NCBI GenBank assembly: GCA_047629275.1
Contig: JBLHWR010000001.1
Location: forward strand, 1-45,315
Origin: Gammaproteobacteria bacterium
GTDB lineage: Bacteria; Pseudomonadota; Gammaproteobacteria; GCA-001735895
Reading direction: 5' to 3'
Length of the DNA stretch: 45,315 nt
Below, in pieces: positions 27,731-36,025 of the stretch (within the stretch, counting starts at the first letter, position 1; each line of letters begins with the position of its first letter). The notes beneath the pieces were generated by a model. That model searched no databases. It was not told the DNA's origin and saw only the letters and a list, made by a program, of their open reading frames with translations. A program made the position numbers and the translations under genes.

Positions 27731-28346
27731 AGGTATTTTTGAATAATTTAAATGATAGTAAAAGATGTAAAGCTAACTCAGCTTAACTAAGTGATTTAGC
27801 CAAGAGTTCAGCTTCGGTGAAATGTTACTTTTTATAAACTAATATTTTAAAAATAGCATAAGCATCATTGTTCGAAAAAATTGGGTATGCCGCATATACC
27901 AACAAAAAGTGAAAATTATGGTAATAAATCTAAAATAATTGATATTATTTATTTCAGTCGTCTAAAATGTATTCCTATCAGGCAAGCGGATTGTATTATT
28001 CATCTGTGGGATATATCAAATAAAGTAGAGTTTTAAATTACGTTCAGATTTTTAAGTTAAGTGTCTCTGTACTTTTTGTTGATTAATGCTCACCAATATG
28101 AACTAGAGTTGAAACAATTGACCGCTTTGTACCGGTGTACTTAAATCTGATTGAGACTAATTTTGAGCCAGTGATGAGATGGATTTGGTTATTACAGCCA
28201 TAAAGAATAGAGAGGCAGTACCGAATGCTGAAAACAAGTTGTTTGGTATATTCAAGTAAAGTTACCTCTGTGAAGCAGGGTAGTTAGAAGTAAATTAAGA
28301 TTAAACGAATTAAACATCAACCGCAGGTTTCTATTAAACTCTCGAA

Positions 28347-28847
28347 ATGACTGAAGTTCATTCTAAATATACCCTTCGCAGGAAGCTGGTGTTGCTCATT
28401 TTTTTGGCTGCAGCGTGGATGCTTTGGTCTGGATTCTTTAAGCCGCTATTGCTAGGTCTTGGTGTTTTTTCCTGCCTTTTGACCTATGTTGTTGTGAAAC
28501 GCATGGGATACTTTAATGATCAATTCTTTGCTCTCCATTTCAGTTTCCGCCTGTTTAGTTTTTGGCTATGGTTAGGACGGGAGGTCATTCGCTCCAGCAT
28601 TGATGTTGCCCGCATTGTACTTAGCCCGAGTCTCCCAATAAGCCCACGTGTTATTGAAATAAAAGTAACGGCGCAGCATCCTGTGGATCAAGTGATATTG
28701 GCTAACTCTATTACCTTGACGCCTGGAACACTGGCCTTAGATTTACACAATGGGGTCATTAAGGTGCATGCGCTAACCGAAGCTGGAGCACGTGACCTGC
28801 TATCGGGTGAAATGGACAAACGGGTTGCTCAATTGAGTAAGAATTAA
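28347..28847 (+). CDS. mrpE: Mrp/Mnh-type cation:proton antiporter subunit E (MbhA-like)
   Basis: 166 aa with two N-terminal helices. RVIEI...P....ILANSITLTPGT motif is typical of MnhE. Confidence 0.85.
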   Translation: MTEVHSKYTLRRKLVLLIFLAAAWMLWSGFFKPLLLGLGVFSCLLTYVVVKRMGYFNDQFFALHFSFRLFSFWLWLGREVIRSSIDVARIVLSPSLPISPRVIEIKVTAQHPVDQVILANSITLTPGTLALDLHNGVIKVHALTEAGARDLLSGEMDKRVAQLSKN

Positions 28848-28897
28848 GTTGTTCTTAGTTTTAAATGGTTTGATTAGAGTTGGATAGAAATTAGAAA

Positions 28898-29170
28898 ATG
28901 TATTATGTCGTCATATTCGCACTGATTATTACAATGGCCTTAGCCTTAGCGCGCGCGATCATAGGTCCCAGTGTTTATGACCGTGTTTTAGCTGTGAACA
29001 TGCTAGGGACCAAAACAGTTTTACTTCTGGCGGTTGTCGCTTTTATGATGGGTAGACCTGATTTTCTTGATCTTGCTCTCGCCTATGCATTGATTAACTT
29101 CATTGGAGTGCTCGCTGTACTAGAATTTTTTCGAAATAGGACGGCAAAGCAACCTGAGGAAAAATCCTAA
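28898..29170 (+). CDS. mrpF: Mrp/Mnh subunit F (MbhB-like)
   Basis: 90 aa, three helices, RAIIGPSVYDRVLAVN motif. Confidence 0.85.
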   Translation: MYYVVIFALIITMALALARAIIGPSVYDRVLAVNMLGTKTVLLLAVVAFMMGRPDFLDLALAYALINFIGVLAVLEFFRNRTAKQPEEKS

Positions 29171-29172
29171 CA

Positions 29173-29511
29173 ATGGAACAGTTTCTCGACATAGCCAGTT
29201 GGATACTGATGTCTGTGGGTGGTGTGTTTGTCTTTATTGGTGGACTAGGCGCTTTACGAATGCCTGATCTGTACACCCGTATGCATGCAGCGGGTATTAC
29301 CGATAGCATTGCGCCAATTTTAATCATCCCAGGCATCATTTTGCAGGCAGGGTTAACACTTGCCAGTGTTAAATTGCTGGCCATTCTTGTTTTTCTTTTG
29401 CTAACGGGTCCTACAGCATCTAATGCCCTGGCAAGTGCCGCATTATTAGCAGGTAATCGCTCCGAACAGGGCAAACTCAAACCCACTGCAGTGCCTGAGA
29501 GTGAAGAATGA
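29173..29511 (+). CDS. mrpG: Mrp/Mnh subunit G (MbhC-like)
   Basis: GALGALRMPDLYTRMHAAG motif is typical of MnhG/PhaG. Confidence 0.88.
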   Translation: MEQFLDIASWILMSVGGVFVFIGGLGALRMPDLYTRMHAAGITDSIAPILIIPGIILQAGLTLASVKLLAILVFLLLTGPTASNALASAALLAGNRSEQGKLKPTAVPESEE

Positions 29512-30494
29512 CCGTTATATTTGGATTTTTCCTGCTGACTTTATTGCTGATTACAGCGGTCGCGATAGTGCAGTCACAAAATTTGTTTGTTTCTGTCATG
29601 TTGAGCGGTATGTTCAGCTTACTGCTGGCGGTAAATTTCTTTCTCCTCGATGCGGCTGACGTTGCTCTGACAGAAGCAGCCGTTGGTGCAGGCATATCGA
29701 CAGTGTTACTTTTAAGTGCACTCGCGATTACAGCTAAACATGAAAAAGCGCCATCCTCCAATCGAGTAGGGGCTCTCATCATTGTCATCATTGCTACTCT
29801 GGTATTGATTTACGCAACATTCGATAACCCGCGGTTTGCTGACCCAAATGCGCCGGTTCATCAACATGTTGCTCCCTGGTATTTTGATAAGACTGCCGAA
29901 GCAATAGATATTCCAAATGTTGTTACCGCCGTGTTGGGTAGTTTCAGAGGTTACGATACGTTAGGTGAGGTTTTTGTGGTTTTTACTGCAGGGATCGGTG
30001 TTTTATTTCTACTGGGTACGCCACCGGGTCCGTTTGCGCAAAGTAATCCCTATAAGCCAACTGATCCGAAAGGGCTACGTCATTACCTTATTCCTCGAAT
30101 CGTCGGCAGGATGTTAATCCCTTTTATTTTGTTATTTGGTTTGTATGTTCAGTTCCACGGTGAGTATGGCCCGGGTGGGGGATTCCAAGCCGGTGCACTC
30201 ATTGCCGCGGCAATTATTCTCTTCGCTTTGCTGGAAGGTGAGGACCATGCATTAAAAGTCATTCCGCGTAGTGTCCTTATTGGGCTTATTGCAGGTGGTG
30301 CATTATTGTATGGTGTCGTTGGTCTTTTCGGTATTTTTCTGGGTAGTAACTTTCTTGATTATTCAGTGTTGTCATCAAACCCAGTGAAAGGTCAGCAAAT
30401 GGGTCTTATGCTCATAGAGGCGGGGGTTGGTATAACGGTGACAGGCGTTTTATTGAGTATATTCCACGCGTTTGCTGCAAGAGGTAAGTTCTAA
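29508..30494 (+). CDS. Fusion of MrpA C-terminal-like (DUF4040/MbhD-MbhE-like) and MrpB/MnhB (MbhF-like) domains
   Basis: N-terminal DAADVALTEAAVGAGISTVLL (DUF4040-type), middle NVVTAVLGSFRGYDTLGEVFVVF, C-terminal HGEYGPGGGFQAG (MnhB-type). ATGA overlap with mrpG. Confidence 0.8.
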   Translation: MTVIFGFFLLTLLLITAVAIVQSQNLFVSVMLSGMFSLLLAVNFFLLDAADVALTEAAVGAGISTVLLLSALAITAKHEKAPSSNRVGALIIVIIATLVLIYATFDNPRFADPNAPVHQHVAPWYFDKTAEAIDIPNVVTAVLGSFRGYDTLGEVFVVFTAGIGVLFLLGTPPGPFAQSNPYKPTDPKGLRHYLIPRIVGRMLIPFILLFGLYVQFHGEYGPGGGFQAGALIAAAIILFALLEGEDHALKVIPRSVLIGLIAGGALLYGVVGLFGIFLGSNFLDYSVLSSNPVKGQQMGLMLIEAGVGITVTGVLLSIFHAFAARGKF

Positions 30495-30856
30495 TGGAAT
30501 GGATGGAATTACTCGGACTTTATTATTACTGGGTTTTTGCAATTTTACTCATGATCGGATTGTATGCCGTCATTGCGAAACTGAATTTAATCAAAAAGCT
30601 GATTGGACTTTCTCTTTTCCAAGCTGCCGTTTTTCTACTTTATATCACCATGGGAAAGTTAGAAGGTGGCACAGCACCAATCGTTACAGAAGCCAATGCC
30701 AATGCTTTGTTTTCTAATCCTTTGCCTCAGGTATTGATTCTGACAGCCATCGTCGTTGGTATTTCTACTATGGCGTTGGGGTTAGGTATTGTCATCAGAA
30801 TCAAGGAAGAATACGGAACAATTGAAGAAGATGAAATCCAGGAGATAGACAAGTAG
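30494..30856 (+). CDS. mrpC: Mrp/Mnh subunit C (NuoK/MbhG-like)
   Basis: 120 aa, three helices, LIKKLIGLSLFQAAVFLLYI. TAATG overlap with the upstream gene. Confidence 0.85.
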   Translation: MEWMELLGLYYYWVFAILLMIGLYAVIAKLNLIKKLIGLSLFQAAVFLLYITMGKLEGGTAPIVTEANANALFSNPLPQVLILTAIVVGISTMALGLGIVIRIKEEYGTIEEDEIQEIDK

Positions 30857-32346
30857 TGAGTGCCTTTCATTCTCACCTTCCGGTGTTACAGGTCATCGTG
30901 CCGATGTTAACTGCGCCGTTGGTTATCCTGCTGAACCAAAAGCGGTTGCCCTGGATTGTTGCAACAGCAGCAAGCCTTTGCGCATTCGCTATTGCCGTGA
31001 CTCTGACAATGAGTGTCATGGCGGGACAGACAATTCAATATTCTCTCGGTGCATGGCCTGCGCCTTGGGGCATTGAGCTGGCAGTCGACGCCTTCAGTGC
31101 TCTTATGTTACTGGTTGTTACTGGCGCTTCAAGTGTTGCTTTATTAGCAGGTGCTCAGAGTCTCGATAAAGATATCGAACATCATCGGAAACCGCTTTTT
31201 TATGCGGCTTGGTTACTCGCACTGTCAGGCTTGGTTGGTATTTTGGTAACAGCAGATGCGTTTAATATATTCGTTTTCATGGAAATATCCTCACTAGCTA
31301 GTTACGTATTGATCTCTGGTGGTTCTGATAAACGGGCGCTACCAGCTGTCTTTAAATATCTGGTGATGGGCACCATTGGCGCTACTTTCTATTTGATAGG
31401 TGTCGGGCTTATTTATCTGATGACCGGAACGTTAAACCTGGCTGACATGGCACTCAGAGTCGGGGATGTTGCTGACCAGACGCCGATACTGCTTGCAGCC
31501 GCTTTTATTACGGTCGGACTTGCGCTTAAAGCCGCTATTTTCCCGCTTCATATCTGGCTGCCAAATGCCTATACCTATGCGCCGAATATGGTCACTGTAT
31601 TCCTCGCAGCCTGTGCTACAAAAGTAGCGATTTATGTTCTTCTTCGTTTTAACTTTTTTGTTTTTCAGCCCAATCTCGTTGGACATGACTTTCAATTTAC
31701 TTTTTTCCTTTTACCGTTGTCGCTCTTAGCCATTTTGGTTGGATCTAGTGTTGCGATTTTTGAATCAAAGTTAAAACGATTAATGGCGTGGTCGTCTGTT
31801 GCACAAATTGGTTATATTACTTTGGGTGTAAGCCTATTGAGCGTGTCGGGTACGACAGCAAGCGTTTTACATATTTTTAATCACTCGTTAGCCAAAGGTG
31901 CGTTGTTCCTAGTGATGGCTTGCCTTGGTATGCGAATTGCTCAGCTACGTATTGAAAATATCGCCGGCATAGCTCAAAAAATGCCCTGGACGATGGCAGC
32001 CTTTGTGCTAGCCGGATTGAGCTTAATTGGAGTTCCCGGAACCGCTGGCTTTATCAGTAAGTGGTATCTCATTACGGCAACTTTCCAATCGGGAACAATG
32101 GGTATTGCCCTGGTGGTTATTATTCTGATCAGCTCGCTAATGGCTGTTGTTTACATCTGGCGTATTGTTGAATCGGCATATTTTCGTCAGCCAGAGGAGG
32201 ACTTGGTTATCACAGAGGCACCTTTGCCTTTATTGCTAATGACCTGGATTGTGGTACTAATGAATGTTTATTTTGGCTTTGCACCGGGTGTTCCAATTGA
32301 ATTGGCGACTGGCGCAGCGGAACTTCTACATGGGCAAACTCCATGA
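30856..32346 (+). CDS. mrpD: Antiporter-like subunit 1 (MrpD/NuoN/NuoM family, proton_antipo_M type)
   Basis: 496-aa polytopic protein with PLHIWLPNAY and WSSVAQIGYI motifs. GTG start overlaps the mrpC stop. Confidence 0.85.
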   Translation: MSAFHSHLPVLQVIVPMLTAPLVILLNQKRLPWIVATAASLCAFAIAVTLTMSVMAGQTIQYSLGAWPAPWGIELAVDAFSALMLLVVTGASSVALLAGAQSLDKDIEHHRKPLFYAAWLLALSGLVGILVTADAFNIFVFMEISSLASYVLISGGSDKRALPAVFKYLVMGTIGATFYLIGVGLIYLMTGTLNLADMALRVGDVADQTPILLAAAFITVGLALKAAIFPLHIWLPNAYTYAPNMVTVFLAACATKVAIYVLLRFNFFVFQPNLVGHDFQFTFFLLPLSLLAILVGSSVAIFESKLKRLMAWSSVAQIGYITLGVSLLSVSGTTASVLHIFNHSLAKGALFLVMACLGMRIAQLRIENIAGIAQKMPWTMAAFVLAGLSLIGVPGTAGFISKWYLITATFQSGTMGIALVVIILISSLMAVVYIWRIVESAYFRQPEEDLVITEAPLPLLLMTWIVVLMNVYFGFAPGVPIELATGAAELLHGQTP

Positions 32347-33812
32347 GTTCTGAAATGACAATAGCGTTATCGTTTTTGATCCCGATAGCGGGTGCATTGC
32401 TAATTCTGGCCGCGTCTCGGGTCAGTGATAACCTTCGAGAAGGCGTCACACTGACAACGTCAATAGCGCTTGCTATTAACGTTTGGAGTCTGGTCCCTGA
32501 CTTGATGTCAGGCGGTCGACCTGAATTACAACTGTTTGAAATTTTACCTGGGATCGACTTTGGTTTTCAGATAGAACCACTGGGTATGATGTTTGCGGCT
32601 TTGGCCTCTGGTTTATGGATTGTTAATTCGATTTATTCCATTGGCTACATGCGCGCTAACAAGGAAATAAAGCAGACTCGATTTTATGTTTTTTTTGCCC
32701 TCTCAATTACGGCAACTATTGGCATAGCGTTTTCCGCAAATCTGTTCACGCTGTTTCTGTTTTATGAAGCGTTAACTTTATGTACCTATCCTCTGGTTTC
32801 ACATAAAGGTGACGAAAAAACAATTCGTTCAGCAAGAATTTATTTGGGTGTTTTGTTAACGACATCGATTGGTCTGTTATTACCCGCAATCCTTTGGACC
32901 TACTTTGTCGCTGGAACAGGTGACTTTACGCCAGGTGGTATTCTTGAGGGTAACCTCGAAGGTCCAGCGCTAGGATTGCTATTGGGTTTATTTGTGTTTG
33001 GTATTGGTAAAGCAGCAGTGATGCCTGTGCATCGATGGTTACCAGCAGCGATGGTAGCGCCAACTCCGGTGAGCGCCCTGTTGCACGCTGTTGCGGTGGT
33101 TAAGGCGGGTGTCTTTACCGTGGTTAAGGTGATCGTTTATATTTTTGGTGTTGAACACCTGTTTGCAGAGCCAAGCAGTGGTTGGTTGCTATATGCGGCT
33201 GCTTTTACGGTTATTGTTGCGAGTATTGTGGCGCTCAAACAAACCAATATTAAACGCTTATTGGCTTATTCAACGGTTGCACAATTATCTTACGTGGTGA
33301 TGGCTGCAGCGATTTTAAAACCATTGGCAGAGGTCGGTGCCTCGGTACATATCGTTGCCCATGCCTTTGGTAAGATAACCCTGTTTTTTGCAGCAGGCGC
33401 GATTTATACCGCTGCTAAAAAAACTGAAGTATGGCAACTCAAAGGTATAGGCAGACGAATGCCTTGGACCATGACCGCTTTTACGATCGGAGCCCTCAGT
33501 ATGATAGGTGTGCCACCGACAGGCGGATTTGTGTCTAAGTGGTTTATTCTTGCGGGTGCTTTTCAGTCGGATAATTACGTTGCGATTGCTACCATTATTG
33601 GCAGCACTGTTTTAAATGCGGCTTATTTTCTACCCATTATTTTTGCGGTCTGGTTTAGTCGCGAAGACCCTGATCAGAAATTGGACCATGGTGAAGCGCC
33701 TTGGCCAATGGTCACCGCGCTCTCAATTACTGCCGCATTGACAATTGGACTCTTCATATTTAACGCACCGTTGATTGCACTGGAGTCTCAAATTGTGGGG
33801 ATAGTTAAATGA
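32343..33812 (+). CDS. mrpD: Antiporter-like subunit 2 (MrpD/NuoM family)
   Basis: 489 aa, PVHRWLPAAMVAPTPVSALLHA and YSTVAQLSYV motifs. ATGA overlap with the previous gene. Confidence 0.85.
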   Translation: MSSEMTIALSFLIPIAGALLILAASRVSDNLREGVTLTTSIALAINVWSLVPDLMSGGRPELQLFEILPGIDFGFQIEPLGMMFAALASGLWIVNSIYSIGYMRANKEIKQTRFYVFFALSITATIGIAFSANLFTLFLFYEALTLCTYPLVSHKGDEKTIRSARIYLGVLLTTSIGLLLPAILWTYFVAGTGDFTPGGILEGNLEGPALGLLLGLFVFGIGKAAVMPVHRWLPAAMVAPTPVSALLHAVAVVKAGVFTVVKVIVYIFGVEHLFAEPSSGWLLYAAAFTVIVASIVALKQTNIKRLLAYSTVAQLSYVVMAAAILKPLAEVGASVHIVAHAFGKITLFFAAGAIYTAAKKTEVWQLKGIGRRMPWTMTAFTIGALSMIGVPPTGGFVSKWFILAGAFQSDNYVAIATIIGSTVLNAAYFLPIIFAVWFSREDPDQKLDHGEAPWPMVTALSITAALTIGLFIFNAPLIALESQIVGIVK

Positions 33813-34078
33813 TTGACCCAAAAGAGCAAGATGCTTGGTTGGTCCGGCCTTCGTCTATTCGAATTATGTGGCGATTTTTCTGGGCTATTCTAATTCTTAC
33901 AGTACTAGCCCAATTAGTGATCAAGGTAAAGGGAACCTTCGGGTTTGATAGCTGGATTGGTTTTGGTGCTGTATTTGGTTTTATATCCTGTCTGCTGATG
34001 GTGCTATTTGCAAAGGCATTAGGCATGCTCCTCAAGCGTGATCAGAATTATTATCTCAAGGATCTTAAAGATGACTGA
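33809..34078 (+). CDS. Small two-helix membrane protein of unknown function embedded in the Mrp-like operon
   Basis: 89 aa with hydrophobic stretches IMWRFFWAILILTVLAQLVI and IGFGAVFGFISCLLMVLFAKALGML. ATGA overlap upstream and an ATGACTGA overlap downstream. Confidence 0.6.
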   Translation: MIDPKEQDAWLVRPSSIRIMWRFFWAILILTVLAQLVIKVKGTFGFDSWIGFGAVFGFISCLLMVLFAKALGMLLKRDQNYYLKDLKDD

Positions 34079-35771
34079 GATGTTACCCCCCGCATTAATC
34101 TTGATTGCTGCGGCAATCCTGATTGGCCCTTTCAAGGGTCATTTTCGCACCCTCGTATTATTGGCTGCGCCGCTATTAACGTTATGGGCAATCTGGCAAG
34201 TGCCAGATGGTGTTGTAACAACAATGCCATTCCTCAGTTATACCATTGAACCTGTTGAGGGTAGTGCTTTAAGACGATTATTCGCGACTGTATTTGCCAT
34301 TATGGCTTTTGTCGGCGGACTTTACGCCTTCCGCGTTGCTAAATGGTATGAACTTGCAGCTGGCTATGCTTATGCTGCTGGCGCAATCGGGGTTTGTTTT
34401 GCGGGTGATCTCATTACGCTTTTCTTATTCTGGGAACTAATGGCCCTATTTTCTACCATCGTAGTCTGGTGTGGTGGAACGGCGGCAGCTCGTGCCGCCG
34501 GTATGCGCTATGCGATTATGCATTTGCTTGGAGGCATCATTTTAAAAGTGGGTATTGAAGGTGTCGGTGTTCATACTGGCTCATTCGACATTCAGCCGAT
34601 GTTGGCAACTAGCTTTGATACGTGGATGATATTGATCGGCATATTAATTAATGCTGCTGCGCCACCCGTTTCTGCTTGGTTATCAGATGCCTATCCAGAA
34701 GCAAGCCCAACGGGTTCTGTTTTTCTTTCTGCATTCACAACTAAAACCGCCGTGCTAGCGTTGATATTACTGTTTCCAGGTGAGGGTGTCTTGGTGTGGG
34801 TCGGCGTATTTATGATTGTATACGGAATAATCTTCGCTCTGCTTGAAAATGACATCCGTCGAATTTTGGCCTTCTCGGTTGTTAATCAAGTTGGCTTTAT
34901 GATCTGTGCGGTAGGTATAGGCTCCGAAATGGCTTTAAACGGAGCGGCTGCGCATGCATTTGCTCATATTATTTACAAAGGTTTATTGTTTATGTGTGCA
35001 GGTACCGTCATATATAGAACTGGATTCACTAAATGTACCGATTTGGGGGGGCTGTTCCGAACAATGCCATTAACCGCAATCTGCGGAATCATTGGTGCGC
35101 TATCTATTTCAGGCTTTCCATTAACGTCTGGATTTACAACCAAGACGATGATTTCTCATGCGGTTGCAGACGAAGGCATGATAGCGGTCTATTTGTTGTT
35201 GGCTGCTGCTTCTGCGGGTGTCTTTCTTCATGCGGGTATCAAATTCCCTTGGTTTGTGTTTTTTCAAAAAGATTCAGGTCTGAGGCCTAAAGATGCACCC
35301 TGGAATATGGCCGTAGCTATGATTATATTTTCTGCGTTATGTCTTTTTATTGGTATCTTCCCTGAGACGTTTTATCAATTGCTTCCTTACGAGAATAGTT
35401 ATGTCCCTTACAAAGCAGGTAAAGTATTGTTCTATTTACAATTATTACTGTTTTCTGGGTTAGCATTCTTCTTGTTGTTGCCACTAATGAAAAGAACCTT
35501 AACCATTAGTCTTGATACGGATTGGCTGTGGCGAGTAATGTTTCGAAAAATTGCAGAAACTTCTTTTAATACGATTGCATTTGTTGGCACTAAACTTGAA
35601 AATAAAGTTCAAGTTACGGCGAGTAATCTTACTGCTTTTGCAAAACGTCATTTAAGTTCTAGTCATAATCCAGAATCGTTTGGCGTATTTTCAAGAACCT
35701 GGGCAATTGGTACAACGGCACTTTGGGTTGTAGTGCTTCTAACGATCTATGCACTGGTATATTTCATTTAA
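34071..35771 (+). CDS. Antiporter-like subunit 3 (MrpD/MrpA-N/NuoL family) with a C-terminal amphipathic extension plus terminal helix
   Basis: Polytopic protein with PVSAWLSDAYPEASPTGSVFLSAFTTK and FSVVNQVGFM motifs. The track starts at GTG 34038, but the ATG at 34071 (MTEMLPP...) overlapping the upstream stop is more plausible. Confidence 0.82.
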   Translation: MTEMLPPALILIAAAILIGPFKGHFRTLVLLAAPLLTLWAIWQVPDGVVTTMPFLSYTIEPVEGSALRRLFATVFAIMAFVGGLYAFRVAKWYELAAGYAYAAGAIGVCFAGDLITLFLFWELMALFSTIVVWCGGTAAARAAGMRYAIMHLLGGIILKVGIEGVGVHTGSFDIQPMLATSFDTWMILIGILINAAAPPVSAWLSDAYPEASPTGSVFLSAFTTKTAVLALILLFPGEGVLVWVGVFMIVYGIIFALLENDIRRILAFSVVNQVGFMICAVGIGSEMALNGAAAHAFAHIIYKGLLFMCAGTVIYRTGFTKCTDLGGLFRTMPLTAICGIIGALSISGFPLTSGFTTKTMISHAVADEGMIAVYLLLAAASAGVFLHAGIKFPWFVFFQKDSGLRPKDAPWNMAVAMIIFSALCLFIGIFPETFYQLLPYENSYVPYKAGKVLFYLQLLLFSGLAFFLLLPLMKRTLTISLDTDWLWRVMFRKIAETSFNTIAFVGTKLENKVQVTASNLTAFAKRHLSSSHNPESFGVFSRTWAIGTTALWVVVLLTIYALVYFI

Positions 35772-36025
35772 ATTGCTAGTGCGGGTTATTATTGCCAGTC
35801 ATTTTAATTCCACTGCTCACCTTCTAATGAAGGGTTTAAAACAATCAACCTTTCACATTAGACGTCATAATCGAACAATGGATTTTTAAAACTTCCAATC
35901 TTTATAACACGATAATCTGGTAGGTTGAATGAATGGTGTTAGCTGGGGTATTTGTGCTTTGAATTTTGGCCATAACCAGTAGAATAGTTACATATTAAGT
36001 CCCACCAGCATTGGAAATAGTCGGT

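Noticed and set aside
34038-34070. GTG start at 34038 for the third antiporter-like subunit (41-nt overlap with the 89-aa ORF)
   Set aside because: The in-frame ATG at 34071 gives a typical MTEMLPP... N-terminus and the short coupling overlap seen at every other junction in the operon. The GTG start cannot be excluded without experimental data.
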